A stretch of DNA of 57,801 bases, filler included, from Platydemus manokwari (lineage: Eukaryota), in the NCBI GenBank assembly GCA_037951405.1. It is 5 parts of 5 records of this genome, joined end to end, with 100 filler letters (N's around TTAATTAATTAA, not from the genome) between each part and the next. Parts side by side here need not be neighbours in the genome. Positions count along the whole stretch, not along the records: positions 45,204 to 57,801 come from JBBMOY010061124.1; 4 more parts are not named here. The stretch is one strand, 5' to 3'. This document shows positions 54,240 to 57,801 of the stretch, in pieces. The position numbers and the translations under genes were made by a program. The notes beneath the pieces are model-generated. The model did no database searches, had not been told where the DNA came from, and saw only the letters and a list, made by a program, of their open reading frames with translations. Each line of letters begins with the position of its first letter. The stretch's first letter is position 1.

Positions 54240-55833
54240 TAATAAGAACCAAGTTTCAAATAAGAACTGTGAAGTTGTTAAGAAATGTGATTCTGCTTTG
54301 ACTCCATCGGATAATTTTAATCGATCGACTACATCTGCGAATGCATAACTGTGTTGAGAATAATGATATTGAATCATAGAATTCTTTTGAAATCACATTG
54401 AAACGTTTTTACATAATTATTCGACTTGTCTTGAAACCATTAATCGTTATATTGGGAATTGTTATTAATTAATATACATAACAGGGGAATCAATCACTCG
54501 ATAAGGGGAATCAGTTGAAATTGATACTTTCTGGGTTGAATTTTATTTAAAAGAAACATTGCCAGTGTTTTTCAATTCAATTTTTAATTCAAAATGGTTG
54601 TGATTTAGCTTATTTTTAATTTTATAAATTACTTATGTCTGGCTCAAGATAATCGGATTATTTAATAAATTAATTAAATTAAAATATCTTAAATTAAAAT
54701 AAAATTGAATACTGAATTAAAAATAGTGAATGTGAGATCTCGAATATTTAACAAATCATTTGAATCTATCAATTTAAGCATTTTATTGTAAGAAAATTCA
54801 TCGTTTTTAATACAAAAAGTGAATTAATTAATTTAACGGCAATTAAAAATTTTTTTAATTTAAAAAATTAAAAAAATATCAGAATAATGATTCGTGCGAA
54901 TAAAATTCATTATCATAATATTTTGGTAATAATTTTCACTGGTTTATCGCTCATCCAGACTTGACTGATCACATTTGAGCTTAAAATAATTTTTGCGATT
55001 TATTCAAATATAATATGGAGACATTTTTCAATAAAATTTCTTTTGGAAAAATATCTTGTTCATTATGGTGAGCTTTAATTGAAACAGGATTACGATTTAA
55101 AGAGAAGAGTTATTTAGCTAAATCATTAATGAAACTTTAATACAACATTAAGCTTAATCATCAAATCTTATAAAGCATTTTTCGTAGATTCTGGTTTTCT
55201 TGATTTGTTTTGAGAAGTTAATTCGTAGAAATTTAGATTACCGTTTTCATTGATTCCAGATTCAGATTTCAATTTTCTTTTTATATTTTCTAAACAAAAT
55301 GAAACAACTTCAACAAACAAAAGAATACTATTATTTTTGTAATAGAATATTATCATCGATTTTAAAAGCTTTTATTTATACTGGCATAGAGACAAGAATC
55401 TGTAAATGGTTCTTTTCAAGAAGATAAAAAGAATAAGAATATTTAAATTTATTGAGAAAAATCTTGTAAACAAGATAAGAATATTTTTAGTGTTGGATTT
55501 TTTGGGGTCTACTTTTTTGAATTTTCCAAATATTGAATTTGGTTGAATAATCTGAAGTTTTTTTTCGTTGGAAAATTTCAAGGATGTTTTGTGCAAAAAT
55601 ATATTTATTCCGTGAATAATTTCCAAGCATCATATAATAAATTGAAAATAAATAAACATTGAAAACATCTAATTTAAAACTTTAAAATTATGTATAAAAT
55701 ATTAATTTAAAATTAAATGAAGTGAGCGTGAAATTAATTACAGAAACAGTAGAAGCAACATATCGATTCAGCAATCCGAAATCGTCATAGAAAATCTCGA
55801 TGAAATCAGGACAGTTTTTAAGATCAGACATCG
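54240..55833 (-). other. Possible fragmented exons of an unidentified gene or pseudogene
   Basis: Coding-like pieces: MSDLKNCPDFIEIFYDDFGLLNRYVASTVS ending at a GTAATT donor near 55740, VSFCLENIKRKLKSESG, and YAFADVVDRLKLSDGVKAESHFL. I could not build a consistent spliced model. Confidence 0.25.
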
Positions 55834-57801
55834 TCAATAAACAACCAATAGTAAAACAAAACCTGAGTTTAAAAATATGTAACAAAAGACTTCATTAGAC
55901 ACGTTTAAATTTACCAAATACTCTAATAATAATATGAGCATTTAGTGATTGATTTTCAGTCACAATCATATTACAATTTAAAAGAAAATTAATCTGACAT
56001 TTAGCAATGATTATCATATTGAAAGTCACAGTAATCATTGTATTGCAAATTTAAGGAGAATTTATTTACAGATTATTATTATTTTCAGCACAAAATTTCA
56101 AAGCCAATTCTACACAGAGTATAATTTTATTCATTGTTTGTATACCATTGTGCAAAATTCCTTTCTTAAAACCATCAACATTCCAGTATTTACGGCTTTA
56201 GTTCTCGTGTTTAAGCATTAATAGAAATTTCTGTAAGCCAATACAGGCTATCATATTTTAAGTTGTGAAATAAAATACACATTTTTTATCTATAATGTTA
56301 TATTTTTCAATCATATTTGCTTTACTTTTAGTAACTCATCCATCCGTGCTTTGACCATAATAACTTACTTCAAAACACCTTCATCAAAGTAGTAAAAATC
56401 TGAGTTCAAGTGGGTACCTAGCTAAAGTAAATGAAAGAAATTTGAATGAGAATTCTGTGAAAAAATCTTTGATTTTGATTACTGGCTTTGATAATCGTAA
56501 TGAAAACAAAAAATAATTTGTCTTTTTAAACTTTTAATTCATGATATTCAAATTAAAATAACACCCACAATATAATTAAAATTATTATTCATTAATAATA
56601 TTGAATACAAGTGGTGGTCGATTTGATTTATTGATATGAGCTAAGTAATCATCATGCAACATTAGATGATTTAAGATAAAAAATTATGTTTACACAGTTT
56701 ATTAAACAAGTTATTGAAATTCATAATAGATAAATCATAATAACTGAAGTTGAAATAGACTGAGATTTAGTTAATATTATATAATATTCTTATTTTAAGT
56801 TTTAAATAATTTTCAAGACAACAAGAGCCCATTTGAATTAGTAATTTTCACATGAAATCAACCAATGGGGTCAAAATACCCCACATAAAAATTTGACTTG
56901 AAATTATTTACAGGCTTTATCTCTTGCCTCTAACTAGGTGTAAGACATTTACTGATATAAATAGAATTAACTAAGAAATCCAATTATTAAACTTTATAAA
57001 TAAAAAAGGAAAAATGGAAAGTAAATGAATTACAACTAGCCAATTAATTAATTCCGGTTCTATACTTGTAAAAAATTACCAGTAAATTTTTCTCCCTATA
57101 TTCCGATCCCATTTACTGGTAGGCTTGAATAACATAATGATAAACTTCGTCGTTGACGTTGCTCCAGATTGAAAACGTTATACAACCTTAAAAATAGGTC
57201 ATTGGTTATGAGTCTGGGTGGCATGTCCATCTGTGATCTATGAAATCGAAATTGTTCTGAAATCGTACAACTTCAACATTGTGATGAAACAAGCTTTACC
57301 GACACCTCAAAAACTATTTCCATAATTCACAATTAATTTTATACTTATATATCTTTGTATCTCGAACATTAACGAGGTCTTCAACGCCGAAATAGGAATT
57401 CCTAACAAACAAGATAATTGATAACTAAAATTCACTCATTACAAAGAATTATAATGAAAATAAATTTTTCCTGGTCGATTAAAATACTTTTCAAGTGAAT
57501 AATTCTTTCAAGCAACGCACAATTTTCTGCATTAGTTTTATAAGGAGATATACTCGATCGGTGCAGAGAGGTAATAGAATCAATTCCCAATCTTGATTTC
57601 ATTACATTCTATGAATGGCATAATCCATTATTCTATATAAAATAAAGATCCAATAAAAATAAAAACAATAATGAAAATAAATAGAAATTTAATATTACAA
57701 ATATAAAAATAATCATTAAAATATTGATAATTATAGTATTAAAATAATGAAATTTATAATATGTTGTGATTTTATTATTATAACTCGTTTTGAATATTTT
57801 G

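Noticed and set aside
1-57801. CRISPR arrays, tRNA, rRNA, snRNA or spliced-leader genes, and a prokaryote-style multi-gene system
   Set aside because: No repeat-spacer arrays or RNA-gene signatures were seen by eye. The DNA is intron-containing eukaryotic sequence with functionally unrelated genes on artificially joined contigs.

Overview
This is very AT-rich eukaryotic (invertebrate animal) genomic DNA with GT-AG introns, many only 41-52 nt long. A flatworm-like source is my inference, not something the sequence proves. Four identical 100-nt spacers (44 N + TTAATTAATTAA + 44 N) show that contigs were joined artificially, so gene order across them is unreliable. Genes I could splice by hand: the 3' part of an SLC41/MgtE Mg2+ transporter (+); a complete two-exon RBM15/Spenito (-); internal exons of diacylglycerol kinase theta (+); a two-exon DM9-repeat protein (-); a divergent five-exon RBBP4/7-like WD40 protein (-); the C-lobe of a STE11/MAP3K-type kinase with HRD replaced by HNN (+); and an orphan Cys-rich type I membrane protein (-). 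Intergenic and intronic DNA holds two decayed, convergent Ty3/gypsy elements, hAT, piggyBac and mariner remnants, hairpins and microsatellites. I see no convincing novel multi-gene system. The best leads are the RBBP4 paralog that has lost its acidic peptide-binding face and has a perfect RFX X-box upstream, the probable pseudo-MAP3K, and the orphan receptor-like protein.
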